64,000 nucleotides of DNA, taken from the NCBI GenBank assembly GCA_907165135.1, contig OU015568.1, positions 7,068,001-7,132,000 of the forward strand, in the 5' to 3' direction. This document shows, piece after piece, positions 1 through 10,987 of the stretch (its first letter is position 1; the number at the start of each line of letters is the position of its first letter). The DNA is from Oikopleura dioica (taxonomy: Eukaryota > Animalia > Chordata). The translations under genes were made by a program, and so were the position numbers. The notes under the pieces are model-generated. The model saw nothing but the letters and a program-made list of their open reading frames with translations, did no database searches and was not told where the DNA came from.

Positions 1-541
1 TGGCCGCCCAGGATACCGCTTCATCCTCGTTTTCCTCTACTCCCCAGTCATCATCACCGTCATCGCCGAAAACTGCATCTTGGGCGATTACTTGTGCCGG
101 TTCTTCAGTCCTCAGCTGTCTGATCACTTTCCAACCAGATGCACACTTGTGGTGAGTAGGACAAACTGCGATGAAGATCTTTCGATGCTGACTGCTCGGC
201 GCGCCTGGAAACGGGCAGTAGACTGAAATAAGTCTGTGTTTCTGTGAATCATAATCTAGAGACACTGGTCTTTTTCCAGGGCGTAAGAAAAGCTTTCACG
301 AAAAGCTCGCTGAGAGAAACGGATTTCCTTTGACGCCCTGGATAAGCCATGAATCGTGAATTGATTTCTTACTTTGCACTAGAAGAGAACACACCTCCCC
401 ACACTCTCTACACTTCAACTGATCCTTGCTCGGCGACTCAGCGAGCCACATAGTTTTCCCGAAGCAAACATTGTCATAAACGCCCTGCTGCTGCTGTACT
501 TCAACGTCGAGGACACCGAACAGAACCGGATTGATGTCCAT
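1..541 (-). CDS. PDCD2L: PDCD2-like protein, 5' part; runs off the window edge
   Basis: Exon 541-373 (MDINPVLFGVLD...CRECGEVCSLLVQ), GT-AG intron 372-223, then exon 222-1 (IYCPFPG...HRKIFIAVC...DDWG). The PV(L)LG...C..C...LLVQIYCP and acidic DDWG pattern matches PDCD2/PDCD2L. Confidence 0.75.
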
Positions 542-763
542 CTTCTGCTCAGAACCCTCTCTCAATCAAACACTCAATAACACAATCTTAAAAACATGGA
601 ATTTCATTTATTTTCATTAACAGAGAGCTTTCGAGCGCAATTAGCGACGTAAAGTTTTTATTCTGGGAAAAGTTGGGAATCAGGGGGCCACGCGTAGGCA
701 CCGAATTGAACGAGTTGTACCACGGGGCGAATAAATACTTGAATGAAGAGGGGATAGTACAAT

Positions 764-1663
764 TTAGATACGTCCAGCGTCCTTCAATTTGGAGATGAGC
801 GTGTCGACGTCTTCGACGATTTCTCCAGCAGCTCGGACTGGTGGCTCCGCGACTTTGATCACGTTCAAAGTTGGGGCAACGTCCACGCCAAGGTCAGCTA
901 AAGAAAATTATAGAAAGACAGTTAAAACATTCTTCTGGCTTACCAGGCTTGACGGCCTTGACCTTCTTCTTCTTAGCCTTCATAATGTTGGGAAGAGTAG
1001 CATATCTGGGTTGGTTGATTCGGAGATCAACGGAAAGAACAGCTGGTGTCTTGATCTCATTGGTTTCAAGGCCACCGTCGATCTCTCGCTCGACTGTAGC
1101 GCTATCGCCATTGTGCTGGAGCTAGAAATGGGAATTGAAAGAGAGGATGATCATTTCACGTCTTACAGAGTAAAGGTTGGTAGCTTGGGGCCAGTCGAGA
1201 ATGGCAGCGGTCATAGCGGCGGTCTGACCGTAATCACCGTCGATGGCGAGTTTGCCCATGAGAAGAAGGTCCGCTGCTTCGGTTTCAGCGATCTTGGCAG
1301 CCATTTTGGAGATCTGGAGAGGAGTAAGAGCATCCAGCTGAGCTTGATCAACCTGAAAACGCATCTGTGAGGACGCAACAACGAATCGAATAAAATTACA
1401 TTGACGTGGACGCCTCGATCGCAGCCCATGGCGAGCGCAGTTCGAAGAGTCTCGGCAGACTGCTTTGGGCCGATGGTGAAGGCGACGATCTCCTTGGCGA
1501 TCTTCTTCTCCTTGAGTCGGACGGCCTCCTCGACGGCGATTTCGCAGAAAGGATTCATCGAGTGCTTGACTGAATCCTTGACGACGCCGGAGCCGTCAGG
1601 CTTGACTCGGATCTTGACAGCGTAGTCAATGACTCGCTTAACACCGACAGCAACTCGAACCAT
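764..1663 (-). CDS. ETFB: Electron transfer flavoprotein beta subunit, 4 exons
   Basis: Motifs [45 protein letters not shown] and [15 protein letters not shown], ending KLKDAGRI*. Three canonical GT-AG introns restore the frame. Confidence 0.97.
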
Positions 1664-1904
1664 TCTATTTCCCGAAACAAATAATTAAAGAAACTAACGA
1701 TTTTCGAATTTAAATCCTATGGACCATAGGCTATGGTTGGAAAGATAAAGCCCGTTTTTATTCTAAAGACTTTTAATAAATAAGTTTGCAAACTTGGATG
1801 CAGAGGGAGAGATCAAGAGAGTGGTTTAGAAAAAGATAAACCAGAATATATATTTGACAGTAGCTTTTCTTTTTAACTCTAACAGAAAGAGGGAAGAGAA
1901 GAAG

Positions 1905-2529
1905 TTACTTGAGGTGGTTGAAAATATGGTGGGCGACGCAGTGGTCTCGGTGGCCGAGGAAATCGAATTGCTCCTAAAAATAGGTTGGAGGAGAGTTAGC
2001 ATTGATTAGCTACCTGTTGGCAGGTTTCCTCGGTCATGTTTCGCGACTCAACTCGATCAGTGCAGGCCTGGAGCTCAGCGAGAAGAGCTAAAAATGAGAT
2101 GTTAAGAGTGCTGGCAAACATGGATTTTAATATTTACCCTTGGATTCGGCGTCTCGAGAGCACTGTTCTCGGATGGTATCGATGGGGTCGACGAGTTCTT
2201 CTTCGTCTTCCTCGTCGTCGTCATCATCAGCGACAATGTCGGGGACTAAGAAAGTGATCTTATATAAGTTTCTTTATGAAAGTCAAGGAAGAACGTCTCC
2301 GAGACGAGATATTTAAGGCACTGATTGGAAAAAGCATTAACGCCAAGAGTTATAATAAGATCCCCCAGATGTGTGACTTTCATTTTCCGTGAGCTTAAAA
2401 TAATCTATCTTTGCTAAAATTTTCTCCTCCCAAAATAAAACATCGCGTGATTCTGAGTTTCTTACCGACAACCTTCTCCTCGATTTCTTCCTTGGGAGCG
2501 AAGGTTTGCTTTTCCTCGACCTTGTTCAT
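1905..2529 (-). CDS. UQCRH: Cytochrome b-c1 complex subunit 6 (hinge protein), 4 exons; not visible in the ORF track
   Basis: Spliced translation has an acidic N-terminus, then EEELVDPIDTIREQC...LQACTDRVESRNMTEETCQQEQFDFLGHRDHCVAHHIFNHLK*. The first exon (ATG 2529, donor at 2465) is less certain. Confidence 0.9.
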
Positions 2530-2884
2530 TCTAAATCATCCCCGATTTTTAAACCTTTCAAAACAAAGTTTTTACAAACTAAATTTTACACGAGAATATA
2601 TGAACGAAAATGTGCAGGATGTCTTCAGTAGCAAGCTCACGCAGCAATTGTTGTTATTTATCTAAAAAGAAGGATTAGATTGATATCTAGAAACATGGGA
2701 TGATTCTCAGATGATTGCGATATCACTCAGATCTTCTCAGTATATTGCCATCAAGTATCACCTCAAAAGAAGCATAATTTTTCTACAAAATGCGACTTCT
2801 GAGGACTCGAATTCAGGTTTCGCTTCACTGATTCATCACTGTGATCAGAATTATCAACAATCTCTTCTTTTCTTTCTTACCTTT

Positions 2885-3900
2885 CTATTTCTCCGCTGTT
2901 GTGATGCCGTAGTGCTGGAGCAGCTGTTGAAAAATGTCGACATCGTCAAGAAACTCGATTCTTTCAATGTTTTCTCGATTTTCGAGGGCAAGATAGATTT
3001 CGTACATGTCCTTACAATCTACATGTCTGAAGCCAACTCTTTCAAATCGCTGGATCTGTGTTGCTTTCGACAAACAAGCGTCGATTCCGTCCAAGCCACA
3101 TCCTCTTTGGACCAAGTTCTCAAGCATCACTGTTCCGAATCGATCATTTAAATTCAGCTAGAGACCGTTTTAGATTCATTTTGAAAACGGAAGGCTCCAC
3201 ACCTGTTCATAAGAAATGACCTTCAAGTTTTCGAAATCGTCCGCTGCAGCTTTGAGGAAACGCCCAGACGTTTCCGTCGGCATATAAACTAGCACACATT
3301 CGAATATGAGACAGACGTCTGTCTGGTCGTCGATTTGGTACTCTTCCTTGATTTCTTCAATCAATTTCGCACTTTCTTCCGAACGCTTCATGTCGAGGAC
3401 TCGTATTTGATAGGCGTCCGAGGCGAGTTTACTGTCAGTTATCTTCAGATTTTGCAACGAACTGACAAGTGATTTAGCAGCTGGCATTCTTAGTCGTCGA
3501 ATTCGCTGGCGAACGACCGCTTCCATGTCCAGATCAAACCACAGATCCTCTCCATCCTTGAATAGCCCTTCGCTCTTGGCCCACCAAAAGGTCGTATCAA
3601 AACCAGCGCCGCAATTGATCACAACTTTTCTTCTTGACGCATTTTTCTCGTAAAAGCGACGCAATTCCTGACGCGTTCCTTGAACACGTGCCCATGTTCC
3701 ACGCGCAATTTCTGGGCTCTTCCTTTCTGTATCTGTTCCTCGAGAGAGAAGCTTCAGAAGTGCGTCATCTTCGTAGTAGCCATGTTTGACTGAAGGAACA
3801 ACGCGTCAGAACAGTTTTTTCCAGGATCTCTTTTTGAACCTGCGTAAATTTTGCACGAAATGGCGTCCACAGCCGTCGCCTGAATGGCTTCCTCGCTCAT
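2885..3900 (-). CDS. LCMT1: Leucine carboxyl methyltransferase 1 (PP2A methyltransferase)
   Basis: MSEEAIQATAVDAISCK...KSPEIARGTWARV, VINCGAGFDTTFW, LIFECVLVYM, SYEQV, IEFLDDVDIFQQLLQHY. Confidence 0.92.
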
Positions 3901-4022
3901 TCGATGATTCCGAGTTTCGATTTCTGAAGAAAATCAACGATTAGACGACGAGTAAGGGGGTGAGTGAAGAGTGAAGTGGCAATGTGAAGCTGTGAGCGTG
4001 ACAATAATAGGGGGTGTGATGT

Positions 4023-5597
4023 TCAGGGCAGTTTTAAGTTCAGATTCTTGAGCGATAGATCGTCGGCGTTTGCTTCTGGCTCTTTGATTTGGATATTTTC
4101 GAGGCTGTGATGCATGTTTTCGAGGTTCTTTTTCTGCTGCGCGGCGCAGAGAATCTAAAAAGGGGTTCAAAAGAAGGAGCAAGGCTGAGAATCTACCATT
4201 TCAAGACTGGCGATAGTCTCGTTGTTCTTGATGCGCTTTGGGATCTTGTCGACCATGGCGATGGGAATACGGCCCTGTTTGTCTTCTCGCGTCGGGTCGG
4301 CTCCGTGGTTCAGCAAGATCCTCACTAAAAATAGCGATTGCTCTTGAACCGCACGGTGCAGAGGAGTCAGCCCAAATCGAAAAGTCTAAAAATAAAAAAA
4401 TAACATCAATTTTCCAAAAATAACGCAACAATAATAGAATAAACAAGATAACACTTTTTGACTTACTAAATTAGGATTGGCGCCTTTCTCAAGCAAAAGC
4501 TCTGTGTAGTAATTTCGTTCGGAAGTTCTTGCGCACTGCATGGCTATTTCAAGGAGGGAGAAGCCCCTGTCGTTGACGAAATTGGGGTCGCCAGTTTCCA
4601 AATATCTGTAATCGGATTAATCCTGCTTCGTAGAATGACCTTTACCTGTCGAGCATGAGCGGGTTATTTTTGACGATCGCCATGCCCGGATTTTCAAAAC
4701 TATCGTCATTTCGACTTTCCCCGAGTTCTTTCTCTATTCGAACTTCTTTCCTCAAATCCGCAATCATCCTGTTCACCGCTCCTTTCATCGCTGCTTCTTC
4801 CCACGCTGCTGCAGCCGGGTTAAAAGGCCTCGCAGTTCGGTTGAATCTATTTCCTTTCAGTGCCTTGACGATCTTTTCCGCCGTTTTCTTTACTTCCGCG
4901 CTCTTCGATTCCTTGTACATTCTCATCGCAATATCCACCGGCTTCAGTCCGTGCTTGTCTTTGGTCACCATGCTCGCGCCGGAGGCAAGAAGAGAGGTAA
5001 CCGTGGCGAGTTGAAGACTTCGCACAGCGCGGTGGAGAGCTGTTTCCCGTTCTTTTCCGTTCTTTGTGTTCAGAGTCTTCGGCCGCTTTTTCAAAAGATA
5101 TTCGACGACTTCTTGGCGGTTCGAACTGACGGCAAGATAGAGCAACGAGCATTGCTGGTACTTGCCAAGACGAGCGACGTAGTCAACTTCTGAAATGATG
5201 ATTTAAGATAATTCTAAGAAGAAAAAACCCGAGTACCTTTTGGATTTTCTTCGAAATGAGCTTCTATTTCTCCGATTTCTCCTTTTTGAATCAATTTCGG
5301 AAGACTCTGCTGCTCCTCGATGATTTCGTCGACGGTGATTTTCTCCGCGTTTGGAAGCTTCTCGAAGACCTTCAGCATCATCGGTTGGTTAACAGGATCA
5401 ACTACACAGGAGAAGCCCTTTAATTTTCTTTACACTTTCCAAAATCTGGCGGAAAGCCGGGAAACTGCTTCTTTACCTGAAAAAACTTCGCCTTCAAATC
5501 GGAAAAAATGAACTTCCGCTTCGTCTTTTCGGTCGAATTTCAAAAACTTCATGTTCATTTGTCCACACTGGGCAATGAAGATTCTGTCGTTCGGCAT
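4023..5597 (-). CDS. Ankyrin-repeat protein, about 6 exons
   Basis: Repeated ankyrin motifs: LLYLAVSSNRQEVVEYLL, ETALHRAVRSLQLATVTSLLASGA, GFSLLEIAM...LLLEKGANPN, GLTPLHRAVQEQSLFLVRILLNHGADP. Canonical introns join them in frame. Confidence 0.8.
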
Positions 5598-5671
5598 CTT
5601 CTTTTGTCTATTCTGATTTCTCTTTCCCTTCTTTTTTGGTTATTTTTTGACCCTGAGAAGAAAGCGGAGCG

Positions 5672-5681
5672 CTGATTGGCT
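5672..5681 (-). promoter_or_regulatory. CCAAT box about 80 bp upstream of the ankyrin gene ATG
   Basis: GCTGATTGGC on +, which reads GCCAATCAGC on the coding strand. Confidence 0.4.
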
Positions 5682-5893
5682 GGAGCGCCTACGAAGCTAA
5701 AGCCGCTCAGATTTTTGTCATTTCTAGAATTTTTGACTCGAAATCAGACTTGCAGAGAAAGTCGATTTGTAGACCACGTTTTATTTTCTGATTGGATACA
5801 TTTTATTGAACAATATCATACTAGCGAATCAGCAGTTTTAGGCTAAAACTTTTAGCAACAGTTGGAAAGAAAGGTTGAAAGTCAGACTCATGC

Positions 5894-6800
5894 TTAATGT
5901 TCAGTGGAATCACTGACAAACTCGAAGACTCTCTTCGCTGTTATGTTGTCCAAATCCGGCAGCGTCGTTTTCATAACGATTCTCCCCTGCTCATCGAAGT
6001 AAAGCCAAGTTAGGAGAGGTCCATTCCTTCCTCCCTCGGCGACGATGGAAATTTGGTCGCCTTCGTCTCTTGCCCTGGCTATGCATTTTGTGTCTTCGTG
6101 ATTGATGAAGGAGATCTTTGTGCCGTCCAGATTGAAGGGGAACTCGTGGTAGTAGCTTGCCAGTTTCATTTGGAACGCCTGGACGAACTTTCTAGAGCAA
6201 GATTTTAGAATTGGAATCAAGGAGGATTACCCGGCTCCGTACACAGTGTAGAAAACCTGAGTCAGTGTCTGAATTCGTTCTTTCAGGCCCTGACTCAGGT
6301 TTTCTTCACAGGATACGGAGCCCAATATGAATAAACATACCCAGGTTCATTTTCGAAAAAAATCATCGTCGGCGGGAAGAACTTTGCAAGTTTCTGGTAA
6401 ACGATGTTAGCCCCTTCTTTTTCCAAGTAAGCCTCCATGTTAACCAGCTTTACTTGCTTCCATGTTCCGATCATTTTTCGAACGATCGAGTTTTTCAACT
6501 CGAACTCGTCAAAATCCTCATCGTCTGTTATTTCCACTTCGCCTGACCCCTCCTCATCGTAGTAATAGTCGACGTTTATGTTAATATCGCTGCGCAAATA
6601 GGCCTCCTTTGATTCCAGCTCGGCGACTCGTGATTCAAGCATTTTTATTTGCTCTTCTATCTTAGGATTTCCTACAAGTCCAGAATTAGAAAATCAAATT
6701 CAGCTATTTTTCACTGCTTACTGTTCGTTACGAGAATGACCATCGTTATGAGCACCATCAGAGCTAGTACTTTCAGAAGCTTTTTAATCGTCCCACGAGT
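5894..6800 (-). CDS. FABP/calycin-like protein with N-terminal signal-anchor, paralog 1; start codon unresolved
   Basis: Exons 6800-6722 (KKLLKVLALMVLITMVILVTN), 6671-6341 (coiled coil, EEGSGE, MIGTWKQVKLVNMEAYLEKEG) and 6191-5894 (...GRIVMKTTLPDLDNITAKRVFE). GTWK...N.E.YL...G and the C-terminal KRVF are FABP-family hallmarks. Confidence 0.75.
6230..6325. mobile_element. Internally deleted MITE family A copy (TIRs only) inside an FABP intron
   Basis: CCCGGCTCCG...TGTAGAAAACCTGAGTCAG...CCTGACTCAGGTTTTC...CGGAGCCCAA matches the TIRs of the copies at 19863, 24883 and 54475. Confidence 0.75.
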
Positions 6801-6887
6801 CTGAAAATATATATATAAGAAATCACTCATCCATGATGGCAAATTGGAGATCTTGGGTAAAGAAGCAAGGATGAAGAGATTTTATTT

Positions 6888-6966
6888 TAACGTTTTCTTC
6901 AAGGGAGTCTTCATTTTAACGGATATTAAGACCGTCTTGATGAATGTTAAATCCGTTAAAATAGGG
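6888..6966. repeat. Short inverted-repeat element (TTTTAACGGA...TCCGTTAAAAT); a related copy lies near 52195-52355
   Basis: Inverted ATTTTAACGG/CCGTTAAAAT motifs recur at both loci. Confidence 0.4.
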
Positions 6967-7556
6967 ATATCCTTGTTAATTTCAATCTACCTTTGAATGA
7001 TTCCCAGAATCGATCTTCTCCTTCACCATTTCCGGGTCTTTTGCGAGAACAGGAACCAAAGGATCAGCGCAATCTCTCTCGTTAGTAGAATTCATTTTTA
7101 CTTGTTTCTGGATAGTGAAACTCCTTTGTCTATAATTGTTTCTGCGCACGCTGAGCCCGTTTTTTATATTAGTAAAAAAGAGGCAGTAGTAGTAGAGTCC
7201 GTCGAGTGTGAAGCCAGTATAATTGGCTCGCCGCCGTTATGAGAGACTGGACATTTGCTCGCTTATTAAAATAAAATTTTTATGCCGCGGAGACCTGATA
7301 GGATTGCAAACAGAGCCAAATAGGGCCACTCATTTCCGCAGCAGAGTAAAAAGAAATGAGATGGTAACTAGACAACAACCGCACTAATAATCATTTTACG
7401 CACTGAGCAACTTCTCCTTCACAACAACCGCTGAACTCAAACAGCAAACAAAAACGACAACGTAGATGTAGAAAAAAGCTCGTCAAGCTGGTTGTATATT
7501 TGTGTGTTTAGTTTGTTACAGTGTAGACTCTTATACTTTGCACAGAAGGTTCCTTC

Positions 7557-8878
7557 TTAGTTCTGTGGCTTGCCGGCGATAAGTAGCCAGTGGTTATTCC
7601 ATTTTTCATGTTTCTGGTTTCTGTGCCATTGTTTAATTGTTGCTGCATTGACTTCCTTTTCCACTCCAAATGGCGTGCGCACGATTTTTTCTGCCGCACA
7701 AAGGGCCTAAAATATCATCAGAAGGCGAAGAACTGTGAGTGACTGTACCTGACCGGTAAGACAATGCTTGATAATGAGTGACGTTCCATGGGGTACTGGA
7801 GTGTCTTCATGCTCGAGTCGTAGACTGGGATCGAATGATTCTATTACCCAGAGATTTTTAGATGACTGCTCCGTGGAGAGGAACACAATCTGACTGGCTG
7901 AGCTTCTGCTTGATGCCACAATACGGATATGTTCTGAAATAAAGGCATGAATTGAGCTATCTTAGACCCAACGGGTTAAAAACTAACCTGAATTAAGACA
8001 ATGTTTCGGTGAGATGACGGACTCGATTCGGAAGCGTTGACCATATCGTAGAGGTTTACCGTTCAAAGATTCATCTTGAGGTCGAATGACGAACGTATTC
8101 CTGGAAAAAAGGGATGAGTCTCTAGAACACCCGCTGTGCATTTTGTTTACCTGGCTACTGGCGTCAACTTATCGCTGGCGGAGAGGGTTCCGTATTCTTT
8201 ATCCTCTGCATACACTGATAAGACTTTTTCTTGGTTCGGGGCAGCGCCTGTGTTCATAATCATTACTGTGTCTCCGAAGTGGATATGTCCGTCTTTGCTC
8301 TCGCTCAGCGCTACTGGCGCTTGATAAACGTCCGCCAGTTTCGCTCGTGTCTGGATGAGAAGCTGGCCGTTAGCTTTTCTCTCCAAAAAATCTGAATAAA
8401 AGCATTGGCAAAAAAGAAGAAGCTAATAACTTAATAACTCAATCTCTGCCTTCATTCGAAATTGTCCACTCTAGGTGAGAGACTGTTTTTTCCTGTTTTT
8501 GAACTTTCATTTAAAATCTGTACTTAGGGCTGACGAAGGTCCACTGAGACCGAAACGCGTCCCAAAAATAAATTTCAATCATCATTCATGAGAGGTCAAC
8601 ACCGACAATCTAATAACTTAAGTCAAAATTATGAGCATTATTCTGAATTTTTTATTCATCAATTTCGCTCTTTTCTAAAATTAAACCCTTGAAACTTACC
8701 GTTGAGCAGGTCTTCTTCGAGGCAAATGTCTTCATTCCAATTGCCGACTCGAACTTGTGGGTTGTAGGTTCTACAGCCCGGTTCGGGCGCCCCAGATGCC
8801 AATCCACTCATATTCAATCGACTAGACGAAAAATTAAAACTGACGATTTTTTCAAAATCATCCCTGACAACAGCCCAT
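7557..8878 (-). CDS. CFAP161: Cilia- and flagella-associated protein 161; first exon tentative
   Basis: RTYNPQVRVGNWNEDICLEEDLLNDFLERKANGQLLIQ, DGHIHFGDTVM, ARNTFVI, LRYGQ, FDPSLRLEHEDTPVP, IIKHCLTG, RTPFGVEKEV, NHWLLIAG*. Confidence 0.9.
8435..8609 (+). mobile_element. 175-bp non-autonomous insertion with a 12-bp TSD, carrying a hammerhead ribozyme (Penelope pLTR/retrozyme-like)
   Basis: Direct repeat CTAATAACTTAA at 8423-8434 and 8610-8621. It lies in a 308-nt CFAP161 intron, much longer than neighbouring introns. Confidence 0.7.
8525..8566 (+). ncRNA. Minimal type I hammerhead ribozyme motif
   Basis: CTGACGA (8530-8536), stem II GGTC/CACTGA/GACC, GAAA (8552-8555), palindromic helix III ACGCGT, and cleavage triplet GTC (8559-8561). 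Stem I is weak (GG/CC, mismatches, then TT/AA). Confidence 0.7.
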
Positions 8879-8994
8879 GTTCTAGAAAAACTGAATTTTC
8901 GATCACGTGATTTTCAAAAACAACCTACTAAATCACCCTCTAAAATCGCTAAAAAACGCGGTTTCCGGTTGATTTTCTTGTTTTTTCTTTGTAT

Positions 8995-10465
8995 TTATTG
9001 ATCAGGAAGATCTGTACAGTTAGAACCAAGTGCTTGTCTTAAATCTCGCAAGTTGGTAACTCCGATCAAATGAGAAACGACCCCGCCGACGACGAAAATG
9101 TGGAAAATGTTGTGAGAGCATCCTGAAAGAATATCGTTAGACCGAGGTGACCCGTGGAAGAATGTGATTTCAAAGCTAAACTCGTGAGTTTCTTTACCAA
9201 AAAGATCGAATTTTCCGGGGAAATCCGCTTCCGGCTTTTGAGTTGCGTACAGATATGTTCCGAACAAGTATGAGGCCGCCATGATCACGATCCATTTCAG
9301 CTGACATTCCTCCCAGGCGTTTACTACACCAACTCTGAAAGTCGAAATTTGGAAAGTTTCTTCTTCTGGAACATATGTTTACCTGGCACAAGCGTGGAAG
9401 ATCGGAATCATGCTAGACATGGCCAGAGCAATAAAAAGACATGCGCGCACAACGCGGTATTCTGGTGTACTGAATCGTTGCCACTGGGTAAAGACCATCG
9501 TGAATAGTCCAAGGACGGAGAGGCACGAAATGTAGCTGAGCTGGGACTGAGGCATGCAGTAGAAGTTGTAGTAGATCCAGGGAATGAAGCTACCTGAAAA
9601 CTGCTTACATAACTGGCCGTCTTTGACAGATTTACCCATAATGAGAAGAGTGATTCCACAAAAATCGAGCCTTCCAAAAATCGACGAAATCTTCCTTGAA
9701 TGAGCAAGAAAAGTATGAAACAATGCCGAAAGAAATAAACATAACCAGGCGAAGAAAACTGTCGATGAAATGAAAAAAGTATTCAAAATATATATTTTCG
9801 TCATTTTCTCTTGCATTTCAGACCTGACCAAAAAGTCCGATAATCTGTTTTTCTTCGATTTGATTCACGAAGTTTTCTGAAGACAAGGAAGAGTGCGTCA
9901 CGATGAAAACAGCGAAGAAGACCGAGGGCAAGAAGTGCGTCTGAAAATCAGCTTTATTTAACCCAACAGCTCATTTTCTTACCCAAATGTTGATCGTTTC
10001 GTTATGCCATCGGAAACACGAAAGCAAGGAATATTTGAAAGAATGCATCGGCGCTCGGTACCATTTTTGAATGAATTCGTTGTCTTTTTGCCACTCTTCG
10101 AGCTCATCATATTTCACTGGAGAAGAATGAGGAAGGACGTAGCACGGAATTAAAACTTACGTAAACGTAGCCAATCTGTTGGTGCTTCCTCTCGGCTGAA
10201 AAGAGTTAGAATTTCCAGCAGTTAATGCTGTAAGTTCATCTGATTATCCACTAAGGGAAAAAATATCTACGGAAGATCTTACATGTCTATATTTGAGGAT
10301 TCCTCCTGCTCAGCTGACCCAGTCGATTCTTCTATTTCCGGTGAACCATCTCAAGTTGGTTGAATATTTGTCAAAAACTAAAGGTTAATCGGCTTAAAAT
10401 GAATATGCGACCATAATATTCAACCAAACTTCTTCCATCGACGGTGGGCTCCGTTCGCGCAACAT
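8995..10465 (-). CDS. ADIPOR: Adiponectin receptor / PAQR family 7-TM protein
   Basis: EEWQKDNEFI..WYR, SCFRWHNETINIWTH, SALFHT, RLDFCGITLLIMGSFIPWIYYNFYC, PE..FPGKFDLFGCSHNIFHIFVV. Start codon tentative. Confidence 0.9.
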
Positions 10466-10987
10466 CGATAGAGGAAACTAGCCGAGTTACATAACAAATA
10501 AAATGTCATTCTAGAGATTTGAGGATTTCCATTCCAAGAAACATCCTTCTTTCACATTTTTTTTTCTCCACTAGAAAAAAGAGAGTCTGGGATGCGAGGC
10601 GACGATGACACCTCATCGCGGCCGGGGCTGTTACTTCCCAACTTTGAGGAGACAACTCTGGGCAGTGCCTAATATTAAGCGCATTTTAAGCACTTGATCT
10701 GCGTGTAAATGCGGAGATCCAAGCACAGAGATCACTGTAACGCAGCCTTGGATTACTGTTAAAGCCCTCTCGAGATTAAAACTAAAGCCGATGGATTAGA
10801 TTCTGACCAGCCAGTTGCACTTTATGAACCCATCTAATGCCAATTACAATCTCCTAATTACAGTCAAACTTACAGTCGTTCCTAAACGACCGATTCGATT
10901 TCGAGCTCATGCTCATCAATTAATAATCGTAGAAATTTGTTATGAAACAAAGAAAATTCAGAAAAGAAAGAAAGAACTTCGAAAAAA

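Noticed and set aside
789-1370. 193-aa plus-strand ORF
   Set aside because: Antisense to ETFB and reads through its introns; no recognisable protein features.
1716-1730. Palindrome CCTATGG-A-CCATAGG between UQCRH and ETFB
   Set aside because: A single short palindrome not repeated in other intergenic gaps; could be chance.
2663-2880. GT donor 4 nt after the LCMT1 stop and an acceptor near 2663
   Set aside because: Could be a 3' UTR intron, but I could not build a coding exon or any further support.
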